From positions 16,579 through 80,578 of the forward strand of contig CAYRHN010000017.1 of assembly GCA_964424115.1 (NCBI GenBank): a stretch of 64,000 nucleotides of DNA. Reading direction: 5' to 3'. Made by a program: the position numbers and the translations under genes. The notes beneath the pieces are model-generated. The model was not told where the DNA came from, did no database searches, and was given only the letters and a program-made list of their open reading frames with translations. This stretch comes from an uncultured Anaerolineaceae bacterium. Lineage in GTDB: Bacteria > Chloroflexota > Anaerolineae > Anaerolineales > Anaerolineaceae. Below are positions 26,718 to 36,023 of this stretch, piece by piece; position 1 is the first letter of the stretch, and each line of letters begins with the position of its first letter.

Positions 26718-28397
26718 ATGCTTACTGCTCACCATTTAAGCAAGGTTTTCGATGCGGAGACCGTTTTTTCAGAGGTCACCTTCAGCCTCAACCCAGGCGA
26801 ACGGGTCGGCCTGGTCGGCCCGAACGGCTGCGGTAAAACCACCCTGCTGCGCATCCTGGGCGGGCTGGATCCACCCACAAGCGGCGTGGTCCACCGTGAG
26901 CCCGGCCTGAAGATCGGCTGCCTGTTCCAGGGCAGCCCTCCCGACCCCAAGCTGAGCCTGGCGGAATGCCTGTCCGAATTCCCCTCCCCGGAGCGCCTGT
27001 ACTCCGAACTGGAAGCCTGCGCTGTGCAGCTCTCGCGCCAGACCGGCGACCCGGAACTGCAAGAGCGTTACGATGCACTGGTGCGCCGCGCTGCCGCGGC
27101 TGAGGGCGATCCCGCGGCCGGGATACCCTCCGCGCTCGGCCTGGACCGGTTGGATCCCTCCCTGCCGGTCGGCCTGTTGAGCGGCGGGCAGCAAACCCGC
27201 CTGGCGCTGGCGCGCCTTCTCTACAGCCAATCGGACCTGCTTTTGCTGGACGAACCGACCAACCACCTGGACATTGCCATGCTGGAATGGCTGGAAGGCT
27301 GGTTATCCACCAGCCCGTGCGGCATGCTGATCGTTTCACACGACCGCACTTTTCTCGACCACACGGTCACCCGCATCCTGGAGATGGATCCGCAGCGCGG
27401 CCTGCCCTGCACCACCCGCAGCTACACCGGCAACTATTCCGATTACCTGGCCCAGCGCCAGGCCGAGACCGACCGGCAGTGGAACGAGTACCACGACCAA
27501 CAGGCCGAGATCGGCCGCATGCGCGCCGACATCGCCCGCACCAAAGCCCAGGCCGCCTTTACCGAACGGCAGGCCTCCAGCGTTCGCAAGGGCGGGCGCG
27601 AAATGAAGAACAAAGGCTATAAATCCTACCAGCAGGGCATCGCCAAGAAGGTGGCCGCCAAAGCCAAGGCGCGCGAAACCCGCCTGGAGCAATACCTGAC
27701 CTCGGAAGAGATGGTGGAACGGCCGACCGAGCTGTGGCAGGACCGGCGCAGCCTGCGCCTGCCCTCCCGCCAGGGCGAACGCCTCAGCCGCCTGGTGCTG
27801 CGCCTGGAGGACGCCAGCCTGGGCTACAACCCGCGGGCGCCGCTGCTCAGCCACGTGAACCTGGCGGCGCAGAGCGGCGTGGGCGGCAGCCCCCCGCGCA
27901 TCGCCATCAGCGGGCCGAACGGCAGCGGCAAGACTACCCTGCTGCGCACCCTGGCCGGGCAGATCCCCCTGCTGGGCGGTTCGCTGTATCTGGGCCCCAG
28001 CCTGCGCCCCGGCATGATGACGCAGGACCAATCCAGCCTGGACGCAGCCCTCAACCCGTTGGAGACGCTCCTGCCCCTGCTCGGCAACGAGAACCGCACG
28101 CGCGCATTCCTCGCCCAATACCTGCTGCGCGGCGATGATGTCTTGAAGCCCAATGCGCTGCTCAGTTACGGGCAGCGTTCTCGCTTGATGCTGGCGCTGC
28201 TGGCAGCCGGGGGTTGCAACCTGCTCCTGCTCGACGAGCCGATCAACCACCTGGATATCCCCAGCCGGGAGCAGTTCGAAGCCGCCCTGGAGCCCTTTAC
28301 CGGCGCGGTGCTGGCAGCGGTGCACGACCGCTACTTCATCCAACGGTTCGCCAGCCAGGTCTGGTGGGTGGAGGGCGGGCAGGTGCGCGTCCATTAA
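26718..28397 (+). CDS. ABC-F family ATPase (two tandem ABC domains, no TM domain)
   Basis: Walker A motifs are GPNGCGKTT and GPNGSGKTT. Signatures are LSGGQQTRLALA and LSYGQRSRLMLA. Walker B motifs are LLLLDEPTNHLD and LLLLDEPINHLD. A charged inter-domain linker is present. The start is at MLTAHHL, preceded by GAGGA. Confidence 0.85.
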   Translation: MLTAHHLSKVFDAETVFSEVTFSLNPGERVGLVGPNGCGKTTLLRILGGLDPPTSGVVHREPGLKIGCLFQGSPPDPKLSLAECLSEFPSPERLYSELEACAVQLSRQTGDPELQERYDALVRRAAAAEGDPAAGIPSALGLDRLDPSLPVGLLSGGQQTRLALARLLYSQSDLLLLDEPTNHLDIAMLEWLEGWLSTSPCGMLIVSHDRTFLDHTVTRILEMDPQRGLPCTTRSYTGNYSDYLAQRQAETDRQWNEYHDQQAEIGRMRADIARTKAQAAFTERQASSVRKGGREMKNKGYKSYQQGIAKKVAAKAKARETRLEQYLTSEEMVERPTELWQDRRSLRLPSRQGERLSRLVLRLEDASLGYNPRAPLLSHVNLAAQSGVGGSPPRIAISGPNGSGKTTLLRTLAGQIPLLGGSLYLGPSLRPGMMTQDQSSLDAALNPLETLLPLLGNENRTRAFLAQYLLRGDDVLKPNALLSYGQRSRLMLALLAAGGCNLLLLDEPINHLDIPSREQFEAALEPFTGAVLAAVHDRYFIQRFASQVWWVEGGQVRVH

Positions 28398-28466
28398 ATT
28401 CGTCTACATTTCCCGTATGCATTAAACCGCTTTTTCGGTACAATAATCTCTATCCTTACATCCTTT

Positions 28467-28507
28467 AACACGGATAACACGGATCGAACGGATCGGCACG
28501 GATAATC
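28467..28507. repeat. CACGGAT-family intergenic repeat cluster
   Basis: aacacggataacacggatcgaacggatcggcacggataatc. Confidence 0.7.
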
Positions 28508-28587
28508 TCTGATCTATCCATGTTCGACCTGTGCTTTAAATATTTGTATTACCATTTCTTAAAAGTATCTTACCAAGGACGTAAAAC

Positions 28588-30402
28588 ATGGACCTTTTTG
28601 GCTCACTCTACCCCCCGGGAACGGTCATCTTTCGCGAAGGCGAAACGGGCGAGGCGATGTATATCATCCAATCCGGGGCGGTTAAGGTTTCCCATTTGCG
28701 CGGCGAGCGCGAGACCATCCTGGCGGTGCGCGAGAAGGGCGACTTCTTCGGGGAAATGGCCCTGTTTGGCGAAGAACTGCGTTCCGCCACGGTCACCGCC
28801 CTGCGCGAGACGCGCCTGGTCGCCATCACCCGCGCCTCGCTGCTGGAGAAAGTGCGCAGCGACCCGCAGGTGGCCCTGCACCTGCTCAAGGGGCTGATCC
28901 TGCGCATCCAGGAAGCCGACGAGAAGGTCAAGAAGGGCGTGGAAAACGACCCCCACGTGCGCGCCGCACTGGCAAGCGCCTCCGCGCCACAAACCGCTGC
29001 TGTGCCGCCCACCGCTGCGCCGGAAGCCCCCACGGCCGAAGTCTCCTCAGCCGACCTGGCGGACATCTGGAAAGTGCAGGAAGAGACCCGCTGGTACGAG
29101 GCCGGGGAAGAGATCTTCGCGGAAGGCCAACCCGGCGATGCCATGTACATCATCCTGGCAGGCCAGGTTGAGCTGCGCGTGCAGGGCGATCTCCTGCGCC
29201 AGGCCGGCCCCGGCGAATTCTTTGGCGAGTGGGCCCTGATCACCGATAATCCGCGCTTTGCCGCCGCCTCCGCCGCCGCGCGCACGCAACTGCTGCCGGT
29301 GGAGCGCGCCCGCTTCAGCGAGCAGATCACAGCCCGCCCGGAACTGGCCGTCTATATCCTGCAGGGCCTGGCCGCCCGCCTGCGCACCCTCAGCAGCGTG
29401 CTCTCCAACCCGCGCGCCGCCATTGCCGAGGTGCGCCGCAACTGGCAGCCGCTGATCCGCAAGCAGGCCCCGGTCAAGATCTCGATCGTCTCGCTGGCCA
29501 CCTGCGCCGGCTGCTCGGCCGTCCTGCTGGACGACCAGGTGTTGGCACAGGTGCTGGAAGCGGCCGAGATCGCCTACTGCCCGATGCTGATCGACCAGGA
29601 GCACATCCAGGAAGCCGACCTGGCCCTGGTGGACGGCGCGGTGCGCTTGAAGGACGACCTGGAAAAACTGGAGGAGGCGCGCGCCAAGAGCCGCTTCCTG
29701 GCCGCCTGGGGCACCTGCTCCTCCTTTGGCGGCATCCCGGCCGAGGCCAACCGCTTCGAAGTGGAAGACCTGGTGGCCGAGACCTTCGGCGAGACTGGCG
29801 ATATTTTCTCCTACTACCTGTCCGGCGCGCGCGGCGTGGAACGGTCCGCCTACCAGGAAAAAGGCATTTCCATGCTGCGCAAGGCCGGCAAGCTGGACGA
29901 TTACGTGCGCGTGGATTACTACGTGCCCGGCTGCCCGCCCTCCCCGGCCATGCTGCTCCAGCTGGTCGGCGAACTGACCGGCAGCCCGAACAGCCCGGGC
30001 AGCGGCAAATCGCAGGCGGTGGTATGCGCCCAATGCGACCGCAAACCCACCCGCGAGATGCCCACCTCCTTCACCGCCTACCCGCTGGGCAGCGAAGACC
30101 GCGCCGCCTGCTTCAACTCGCTGGGCGTCTTCTGCATGGGCTTCCTCACCCAGGGCGGCTGCGAGGCCGCCTGCACCCGGCGCGGACTGCCCTGCTGGGC
30201 CTGCCGCGGCCCGGCGCGCATTGCCCTTAAGAAGATGGCCGAGGGCGAAAGCTTTGAAGAAGTGGTGGTGCAGGGCATTGCCCGGCGCTGCAAGCTGGAG
30301 GAAGCCCAGGCCCGCGTGCTGGTCAAACAGGCCCGCCTGCAGGGGCTCGACCTCTTCCAATTTGAATCGTATCTGGTGAACAGCCTGGCGAGGGTCCGAT
30401 GA
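28588..30402 (+). CDS. fusion protein: two cyclic-nucleotide-binding domains plus a [NiFe]-hydrogenase small subunit (group-3-like, Oxidored_q6 core with extra FeS Cys motifs)
   Basis: The cNMP domains carry FGEMALFGEELRSATV and FGEWALITDNPRFAAASA. The small-subunit blocks are VSLATCAGCS, AWGTCSSFGGIP and YYVPGCPPSP. Cys-rich tail: CAQCDRKP, CFNSLGVFCMGFLTQGGCEAACTRRGLPCWACRGP. Confidence 0.8.
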   Translation: MDLFGSLYPPGTVIFREGETGEAMYIIQSGAVKVSHLRGERETILAVREKGDFFGEMALFGEELRSATVTALRETRLVAITRASLLEKVRSDPQVALHLLKGLILRIQEADEKVKKGVENDPHVRAALASASAPQTAAVPPTAAPEAPTAEVSSADLADIWKVQEETRWYEAGEEIFAEGQPGDAMYIILAGQVELRVQGDLLRQAGPGEFFGEWALITDNPRFAAASAAARTQLLPVERARFSEQITARPELAVYILQGLAARLRTLSSVLSNPRAAIAEVRRNWQPLIRKQAPVKISIVSLATCAGCSAVLLDDQVLAQVLEAAEIAYCPMLIDQEHIQEADLALVDGAVRLKDDLEKLEEARAKSRFLAAWGTCSSFGGIPAEANRFEVEDLVAETFGETGDIFSYYLSGARGVERSAYQEKGISMLRKAGKLDDYVRVDYYVPGCPPSPAMLLQLVGELTGSPNSPGSGKSQAVVCAQCDRKPTREMPTSFTAYPLGSEDRAACFNSLGVFCMGFLTQGGCEAACTRRGLPCWACRGPARIALKKMAEGESFEEVVVQGIARRCKLEEAQARVLVKQARLQGLDLFQFESYLVNSLARVR

Positions 30403-31703
30403 GCCAAATGATCCACCTCCAAAAAGCCACCCGCATCGAGGGGAACGCCGACATCCACATCCAGGTGGAGGACGGCCACGTGCAAAGCGCACGCTTCCAG
30501 GTGCAGGACTTCCGCGGTTTCGAAAAACTTGTCCAGGGCAAAGCCGTGGAAGCCGTCCCGCACATCGTCTCGCGCATCTGCGGGCTGTGCTGCACCACCC
30601 ACGAGGCGGCCAGCCTGCGCGCGGTAGAAGACGCCCTGGGCATCACCCCGCCCACCGCGGTCAGCAGCCTGCGCAGCATCGCCGTGCTGGGCGAATGGAT
30701 CGCCAGCCACGCCCTCAGCTATTTCTTCCTCGCCCGCCCAGATGCCTTCGGAGGGTCGCTGAACATCTTTGAACTGATGAAGGACGATCCCGAGGTGGCG
30801 CGCGAGGCCTTCTTCCTGCGCCGCTCCGGCAACCAGATCGTCGAGGCGGTTGCCAAACGGGCCGTGCATCCGGTGGCGCTGGGCGTGGCGCGTTTCCTCG
30901 TCCCGCTCACCCCGGCCGACCTGGCCGAGATCCGCCGCATCGCCTGCGAGGTGAAAGAGGCCGCCGGGCGGCTGATCGAACAGATCGGGCGGCAGCCTGC
31001 TCGCGAAAAACGCCTGCCCTTCCCCGCCGGGCGCGGGGTGAACTTCCTCTCCTACGACAGCCGCCCCGGACAGGAGCTCTTCCGCGTCTTCGACCGCTCC
31101 GGAGAGGTGACGGACGAGTTCAGCCGCGAGACCTTCACCGACCACGTGGCCGAGATGCGCGTGGACTGGTCGCTGGCCAAGTTCCCCTACCTGGCCCGCC
31201 TCGGCTTCCCGGAGGGCATCCTGCTGGTCGGGCCGCTCTCGCGCCTCTTCCAGCCCGGCGGTGTGCTGGACGACCCCGAGCTGGCCGCTTTCGCGCTGAC
31301 CGATTCGCTGCGCCGGACAGAAGCCCTCACCCTGGATGACCTGGATACCTGCCGCCTGCTGGAGATCTTCTGGGCGGCGCGGCAGATCCTGGCCTTGCTG
31401 GACGAGGTGGACCTGGCCCAGCTCGCCCCCGACCCGCTCGACCTTTCCGGCAGCGGCAAGGGCATCGGCGTGGTGGAGGCCCCGCGCGGGGTGCTGGTGC
31501 ACAGCTACCTGGTCAACCAGGGGCTGATGGAACGGATGAATCTGCTGGTGGCAACCCAGTTCAACAACGCCTATATCAATCTGGTGCTGCAAGACCAGGC
31601 CGAACGGCACGTGCAGGGCGGCGTACTCTCCGAGCAGGGCAAGGAGCTGATCGCGCGCTGCGTGCGCACCTTCGACCCCTGCCTGACCTGCGCCACGCAT
31701 TGA
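30399..31703 (+). CDS. [NiFe]-hydrogenase large subunit (short, group-3-like) ending exactly at the DPCxxCxxH motif
   Basis: The N-terminal ligand motif is RICGLCCTTH. The C-terminal DPCLTCATH is followed directly by the stop codon. There is an ATGA overlap with the small-subunit gene. Confidence 0.9.
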   Translation: MSQMIHLQKATRIEGNADIHIQVEDGHVQSARFQVQDFRGFEKLVQGKAVEAVPHIVSRICGLCCTTHEAASLRAVEDALGITPPTAVSSLRSIAVLGEWIASHALSYFFLARPDAFGGSLNIFELMKDDPEVAREAFFLRRSGNQIVEAVAKRAVHPVALGVARFLVPLTPADLAEIRRIACEVKEAAGRLIEQIGRQPAREKRLPFPAGRGVNFLSYDSRPGQELFRVFDRSGEVTDEFSRETFTDHVAEMRVDWSLAKFPYLARLGFPEGILLVGPLSRLFQPGGVLDDPELAAFALTDSLRRTEALTLDDLDTCRLLEIFWAARQILALLDEVDLAQLAPDPLDLSGSGKGIGVVEAPRGVLVHSYLVNQGLMERMNLLVATQFNNAYINLVLQDQAERHVQGGVLSEQGKELIARCVRTFDPCLTCATH

Positions 31704-31712
31704 CCTTTGTAG

Positions 31713-31950
31713 AAACCCTTTGAACACGGATTGAACAAATTTTTGCGTAGGGGCGACCGGCCGGTCGCCCCTACCGGCCGGCCCCTACGGTTTTTCCGCG
31801 GCTCTGCATCTCTGCGTGAGAAAAATCTTTGAACACGGATCGCGCGGATAACACGGATTTTCACGGATTGATTTTCACGTAGGTTGGGTTGAGCGCGACC
31901 AAGAACCCTCCATTTCAATCGATCGGCTAAGCAAAACCCAACAAGGATTC
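31713..31950. repeat. composite intergenic repeat, copy 1 (tttgaacacggat units, GTAGGGGCGACCGGCCGGTCGCCCCTAC palindrome, GTTGGGTT..AACCCAAC hairpin module)
   Basis: The modules are shared with 32497-32885 and 35083-35157. The palindrome at 31747-31774 is followed by a T-run and could also terminate the hydrogenase operon. Confidence 0.8.
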
Positions 31951-31997
31951 ACTTCGTATTGCTCCACCCCGAACCCGCCCTGCCTTTCTATAAGATC

Positions 31998-32387
31998 TCA
32001 GCCGAATAACACCCCCAATTTTTGTCCGCATTCCTCGCAAAAATTAGCATCGGTGGGATTCCCGTGCCCGCAATTGGGGCACTTCCGCTCGCCCACAGGC
32101 CGGCGAATGTATTCCGGCGGCTGAAAGGTTTCCGGGCGGGAGGTTTCCGATGAGGAAGGGAGGCCTTGCGTTTTTTTGTCGTGCTTCAGGATCAGCCAGG
32201 CAAAAAGTCCACTGGCCGGGACCGCCAGAAAGAGACCCAAAAGGAGACCGCCGAGCACGCAGGCTGCCAACCCCGCCCAACCCAACCCGGCTTTCATCCG
32301 GCGATAACCGAGGATCAATGGCACGGCTCCGCAAAGGATGCCGGCCAACAAAGCCCCGATAATTCCTCCCGGTGGATATCCAGCCAT
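31998..32387 (-). CDS. small membrane protein with a C-terminal zinc ribbon
   Basis: Three Gly-rich TM helices are followed by CPNCGHGNPTDANFCEECGQKL. Confidence 0.5.
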   Translation of the reverse strand: MAGYPPGGIIGALLAGILCGAVPLILGYRRMKAGLGWAGLAACVLGGLLLGLFLAVPASGLFAWLILKHDKKTQGLPSSSETSRPETFQPPEYIRRPVGERKCPNCGHGNPTDANFCEECGQKLGVLFG

Positions 32388-32496
32388 ATCCTCCTCCGAT
32401 CTGCCAGGGAAAGCAACCCACCACCAGTGTACTGCAGATCGGACGGGAAGTCAAAAATATTCCCGGCCGCCGGATGCCTCGCCCGCGACATCAAAA

Positions 32497-32885
32497 GAGA
32501 ACCACGAAACACACGAAAAGGGCGAAACATGCGAAACAAACCCTTTGAACGCGGACGCTGCGCGCGGATCACGCGGATTTTCACGGATTGATTTTCATGT
32601 AGGGGCGACCAGCCGGTCGCCCCTACGGGATTTTTTCTCCGCGTCTCCGGGGCGCGGCAAAAAAAGAGAACCACGAAACACACGAAATATACGAAACACG
32701 CGAACAAATCTTTGAACACGGATCACGCGGATTTTCATGGATAGTAGGCGTAGGTTGGGTTGAGCGCGGCCGAGAACCCTCCATTCCCATCAACCGGCCA
32801 AGCGAAACCCAACAAGGATTTACCATGAAACAAATGAAAAAAACTTTTCGTGTCTTTCGTCCTTTTCGTTTGTTTCGTGATCTTC
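32497..32885. repeat. composite intergenic repeat, copy 2 (ACGAAACACACGAA units, CACGGAT units, palindrome 32599-32626, GTTGGGTT hairpin module, inverted ACGAAA units)
   Basis: It aligns module by module with 31713-31950. gtaggttgggttgagcgcg(a/g)cc(a/g)agaaccctccatt.. is nearly identical in both copies. Confidence 0.8.
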
Positions 32886-33252
32886 TCTCTGTCTTCGTGG
32901 CTAAGGATGAGAGAAGAGGGCGCTGCGCTCCACCCAACCCGTCCCGAAAGCCGTGGTCCTCTCTCAACGTTTTGTTGACTTTTGATTCGGATTTCCTTAT
33001 AATCTTATTGGGTCTCTCCTGTTCGATCCTTATTTCTACTCCCCTGATTTGGGCCTTGTCATAAGGTCCCGATTATTGTTAACCACCCTCTCCACACGGG
33101 GTGAAGGGAAGCGTTCTCCTCCCCTCATTCCGTGAAGTTGCTGCGCCTCGCGCCGGCAGCTTAAGCACGCAAGGAGGTGAAAAAACAGAGAGTGCAAATT
33201 TCTTTCCGTTGTCGTATTTCCGTTTCTCAGTCAACTTTGGAGGATGAAATTC

Positions 33253-35013
33253 ATGGATAAGAAATTGTATCGGAATCTGTTATATATTTCTTTGGCTTTG
33301 ATCCTGTTGGGGGGATTGCTCGCCAACCTCATTCAAACTGATTTCGGCAAGGTCACCGTCAAAGACGTGCGTTTTGCCGCGCCCAATGGGCGCATGTACT
33401 CGGCTTTGCTCTACATCCCGGCCGGGGTGACCGCAGAGACCCCCGCCCCCGGCATCCTGGCCATCCACGGCTATATCAACACCCGTGAGACCCAGGACGG
33501 CTTCGCCATTGAGTTCGCCCGGCGCGGCTTTGTTGTCTTGGCGCTGGACCAATCCGGGCACGGCTACAGCGAAGGGCCGGCCTTTGCCGACGGCTTCGGC
33601 GGCATCGAAGGCATGCGCTACATGAAATCGCTGTCGATCGTCGACCAGACCAACGTCGGGGTGGAAGGCCACTCGATGGGCGGCTGGGCCTCCGTGATCG
33701 CCGCGGCCGTCTTCCCGGACGGCTATAAAGCGATGGTCCTGGAAGGCTCATCCACCGGAACCTACGGCGCCCCGGACGGAACCGCCGAGTTCCCGCGCAA
33801 CCTGGCCGTGGTCTTCAGCCAGTGGGATGAGTTCTCGTCCTTGATGTGGCTGACCCCTAAGGCGGTGGACGTGGGCAAGACCGACAAGATGAAAGCCCTC
33901 TTCAATACCAGCGAAGACATCGTGGTCGGCAAGGTCTACGGCGATATCGCCGCCGGAACCGCGCGCGTGCTCTACCAGCCGAAAGTGGTCCACCCGGGCG
34001 ATCACATCAACCAGGGCGCGATCGGTTTTGCGATCGACTGGTTCCAGAAGACCCTGGAAGGCGAGAAAGAGATCCCCGCCGACCAGCAGATCTGGTACTG
34101 GAAGGAGATCGGCACGCTGATCGCGCTGGTCGGCTTCTTCATGTTCCTGGTGGCTGTCGGCGGGCTGCTGCTGACCACCTCCTACTTCGGCAGCCTGATC
34201 GCCCCCTTGCCGGCCGCCAAAGGCCCCACGGGCATTGGCTGGTGGATCGCGGTGGTGCTGACCGGCATCATCGGGCCGCTGACCCTCTTCACCTTCACCA
34301 CCTGGGCCGAGACCGGCTTCCCGGCCTCGGCATTCTTCCCCCAGTCGGTCACCAACCAGGTCGTCTTCTGGGCGGTGCTGAACGGCCTGATCGCGCTGAT
34401 CCTCTTCCTGATCTGGCACTTCCTGTTGGTCAAGAAGAACGCCCGCGGCACAGCGGATGAATACGGCCTGACCTGGGGCGGCAAATTGCAGTGGGGCAAG
34501 ATCGGCAAGTCCTTCCTGCTGGCGCTGACGGTGGTCTCGCTGGGCTATCTCACCCTGCTGCTGACCGACTTCTTCTTCAAGACCGACTACCGCTTCTGGG
34601 TCTTTGCGGTCAAGCTGCCCAACCTGCAGCAATTTGGCATTGCCCTGCGCTACGTGATCCCGCTCTTCGTCTACTTCTTCCTGGCGGGCCTGGGTCTGTT
34701 CTCCCAGATCCGGCGGGCGAAGCTGAACATGTGGCAGGAAATGGGCGTCAACGCGGCCATCTTTGTGGTGGCCTATTTTGGGCTGATGCTGTGGGAGTAC
34801 ATCCCCATGTGGACGGGCGGCATGCTGATGGATCCGGCCCAACCGCTGTGGACCATCATCGGCTACCAGTTCATCCCCATCCTCGGCCTGGCGGGCGCCC
34901 TGGCGACCTTCTTCTACCGCACGACCGGGCGCATCTACACCGGCGCGTTCCTCAACGCGATGTTGTTCACCACCATCATCGTGGCGGGCACGGCCATCCA
35001 CTTCCCCTTGTAG
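33253..35013 (+). CDS. alpha/beta-hydrolase domain fused to a polytopic membrane domain
   Basis: It has an N-terminal TM helix, the nucleophile elbow GHSMGG, and about 8 C-terminal TM helices. The ATG at 33253 has GGAGG 9 nt upstream. The ORF track starts at 33244. Confidence 0.75.
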   Translation: MDKKLYRNLLYISLALILLGGLLANLIQTDFGKVTVKDVRFAAPNGRMYSALLYIPAGVTAETPAPGILAIHGYINTRETQDGFAIEFARRGFVVLALDQSGHGYSEGPAFADGFGGIEGMRYMKSLSIVDQTNVGVEGHSMGGWASVIAAAVFPDGYKAMVLEGSSTGTYGAPDGTAEFPRNLAVVFSQWDEFSSLMWLTPKAVDVGKTDKMKALFNTSEDIVVGKVYGDIAAGTARVLYQPKVVHPGDHINQGAIGFAIDWFQKTLEGEKEIPADQQIWYWKEIGTLIALVGFFMFLVAVGGLLLTTSYFGSLIAPLPAAKGPTGIGWWIAVVLTGIIGPLTLFTFTTWAETGFPASAFFPQSVTNQVVFWAVLNGLIALILFLIWHFLLVKKNARGTADEYGLTWGGKLQWGKIGKSFLLALTVVSLGYLTLLLTDFFFKTDYRFWVFAVKLPNLQQFGIALRYVIPLFVYFFLAGLGLFSQIRRAKLNMWQEMGVNAAIFVVAYFGLMLWEYIPMWTGGMLMDPAQPLWTIIGYQFIPILGLAGALATFFYRTTGRIYTGAFLNAMLFTTIIVAGTAIHFPL

Positions 35014-35040
35014 GGTTTTTGTCTGAATTGGTGTGACACT

Positions 35041-35073
35041 CCCCTCTCCCAGGGCCTGGGAGAGGGGTTTTTT
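35041..35073 (+). terminator. rho-independent terminator
   Basis: The cccctctccca-gggcc-tgggagagggg hairpin is followed by TTTTTT, 28 nt after the stop. Confidence 0.8.
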
Positions 35074-35082
35074 CGCCCGGGG

Positions 35083-35157
35083 CACCACGAAACACGCGAA
35101 AAAACCCTTTGAACACGGATCGCGCGGATGGCGCGGATTTTCACGGATTGATTTTCA
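35083..35157. repeat. CACGGAT/ACGAAACAC-family intergenic repeat
   Basis: caccacgaaacacgcgaaaaaaccctttgaacacggatcgcgcggatggcgcggattttcacggattgattttca. Confidence 0.8.
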
Positions 35158-35234
35158 GGGTTGGAATGAAGACCAGCGAACCGGGAGGATTCCTGCGCGT
35201 GCAGAAGGTCAGGAGAGCAAGGCGCGGGAGGGGA

Positions 35235-36023
35235 TCAGCGCTGCGGAACGGCGGGAGCGTCCAGCGCCAGGCTGACCGGGCAGTGGTCGGAGCCCATCAC
35301 CTGGTCGTGAATATCCGCCGCAACGATGCGCTCCTTGAGGTCTGGGGAAACCATGAAATAGTCCAGCCGCCAGCCGACATTGCGCTCGCGGGCACGCGTC
35401 ACCTGATCCCACCAGGAATATTTCACCGTATCGGGGTGCAGGTGGCGGAAGGTGTCGATCATCCCCGCCGCGAAGAATTCGCCCAAACCCGTCCGTTCCT
35501 CCGGCATGAACCCGCTGTGGGCCGCGTTCTCCTTCGGACGGGCCAGGTCGATCTCGGCAAAGGCGGTGTTGAAATCGCCGCTCAGGATCACCGGCCGCCC
35601 GGCCTGCATATACCCGCGCGCCACCTGGATGCAGCGCTGGTAGAAGGCCAATTTATGCGCCACCCATTCTGCGCCGCGCCCGCCGTTGGGGAAGTAAATA
35701 TTGAAAAAGACGAAGGGTTCAAACTCGTGGATCAACGTCCGGCCTTCGCTGTCGAAACGGGCTTCGCCCAGGCCTTCGATCACCTTGAGCGGGGCGTGAC
35801 GCGTGTAAATGGCGGTGCCGCTGTAGCCTTTCTTCTCCGCCGCGCTCCAGGCTGCCTGGTATCCGGGCGGGTTCAGCAGCGCCGCAGAAAGCTGGTCGGG
35901 GTGAGCCTTGGTTTCCTGGATAGCCACCAGGTCCGCATCACTGGCGGCCAGCCAATCCAGAAAACCTTTCTTTTCCGCGGCGCGGATGCCGTTCACGTTC
36001 CACGAGATCAATTTCCAGATCAT
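35235..36023 (-). CDS. xth: exodeoxyribonuclease III (AP endonuclease, EEP superfamily)
   Basis: The Xth blocks are present: LISWNVNGIRA, DLVAIQETK, NIYFPNG, ILSGDFN, DTFR, WW.., and a terminal SDHCPV. The start is at MIWKLISWN. Confidence 0.9.
   Translation of the reverse strand: MIWKLISWNVNGIRAAEKKGFLDWLAASDADLVAIQETKAHPDQLSAALLNPPGYQAAWSAAEKKGYSGTAIYTRHAPLKVIEGLGEARFDSEGRTLIHEFEPFVFFNIYFPNGGRGAEWVAHKLAFYQRCIQVARGYMQAGRPVILSGDFNTAFAEIDLARPKENAAHSGFMPEERTGLGEFFAAGMIDTFRHLHPDTVKYSWWDQVTRARERNVGWRLDYFMVSPDLKERIVAADIHDQVMGSDHCPVSLALDAPAVPQR

Noticed and set aside
29047-31727. Two long minus-strand ORFs (481 aa and 549 aa) over the hydrogenase genes
   Set aside because: They are antisense to ORFs carrying complete NiFe small- and large-subunit ligand motifs, and their composition is typical of GC-rich shadow frames. 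The same applies to 24973..26346, 27336..28394, 33748..35088 and 22638..23573.
31571-32967. Several 110-135-aa ORFs (for example the KIRVIRAIRVQRFF and RKTRKVFFICFMV peptides); likewise 34935..35144
   Set aside because: They are read straight through the modular intergenic repeats and palindromes. The peptide similarity between copies reflects DNA repeats, not genes.
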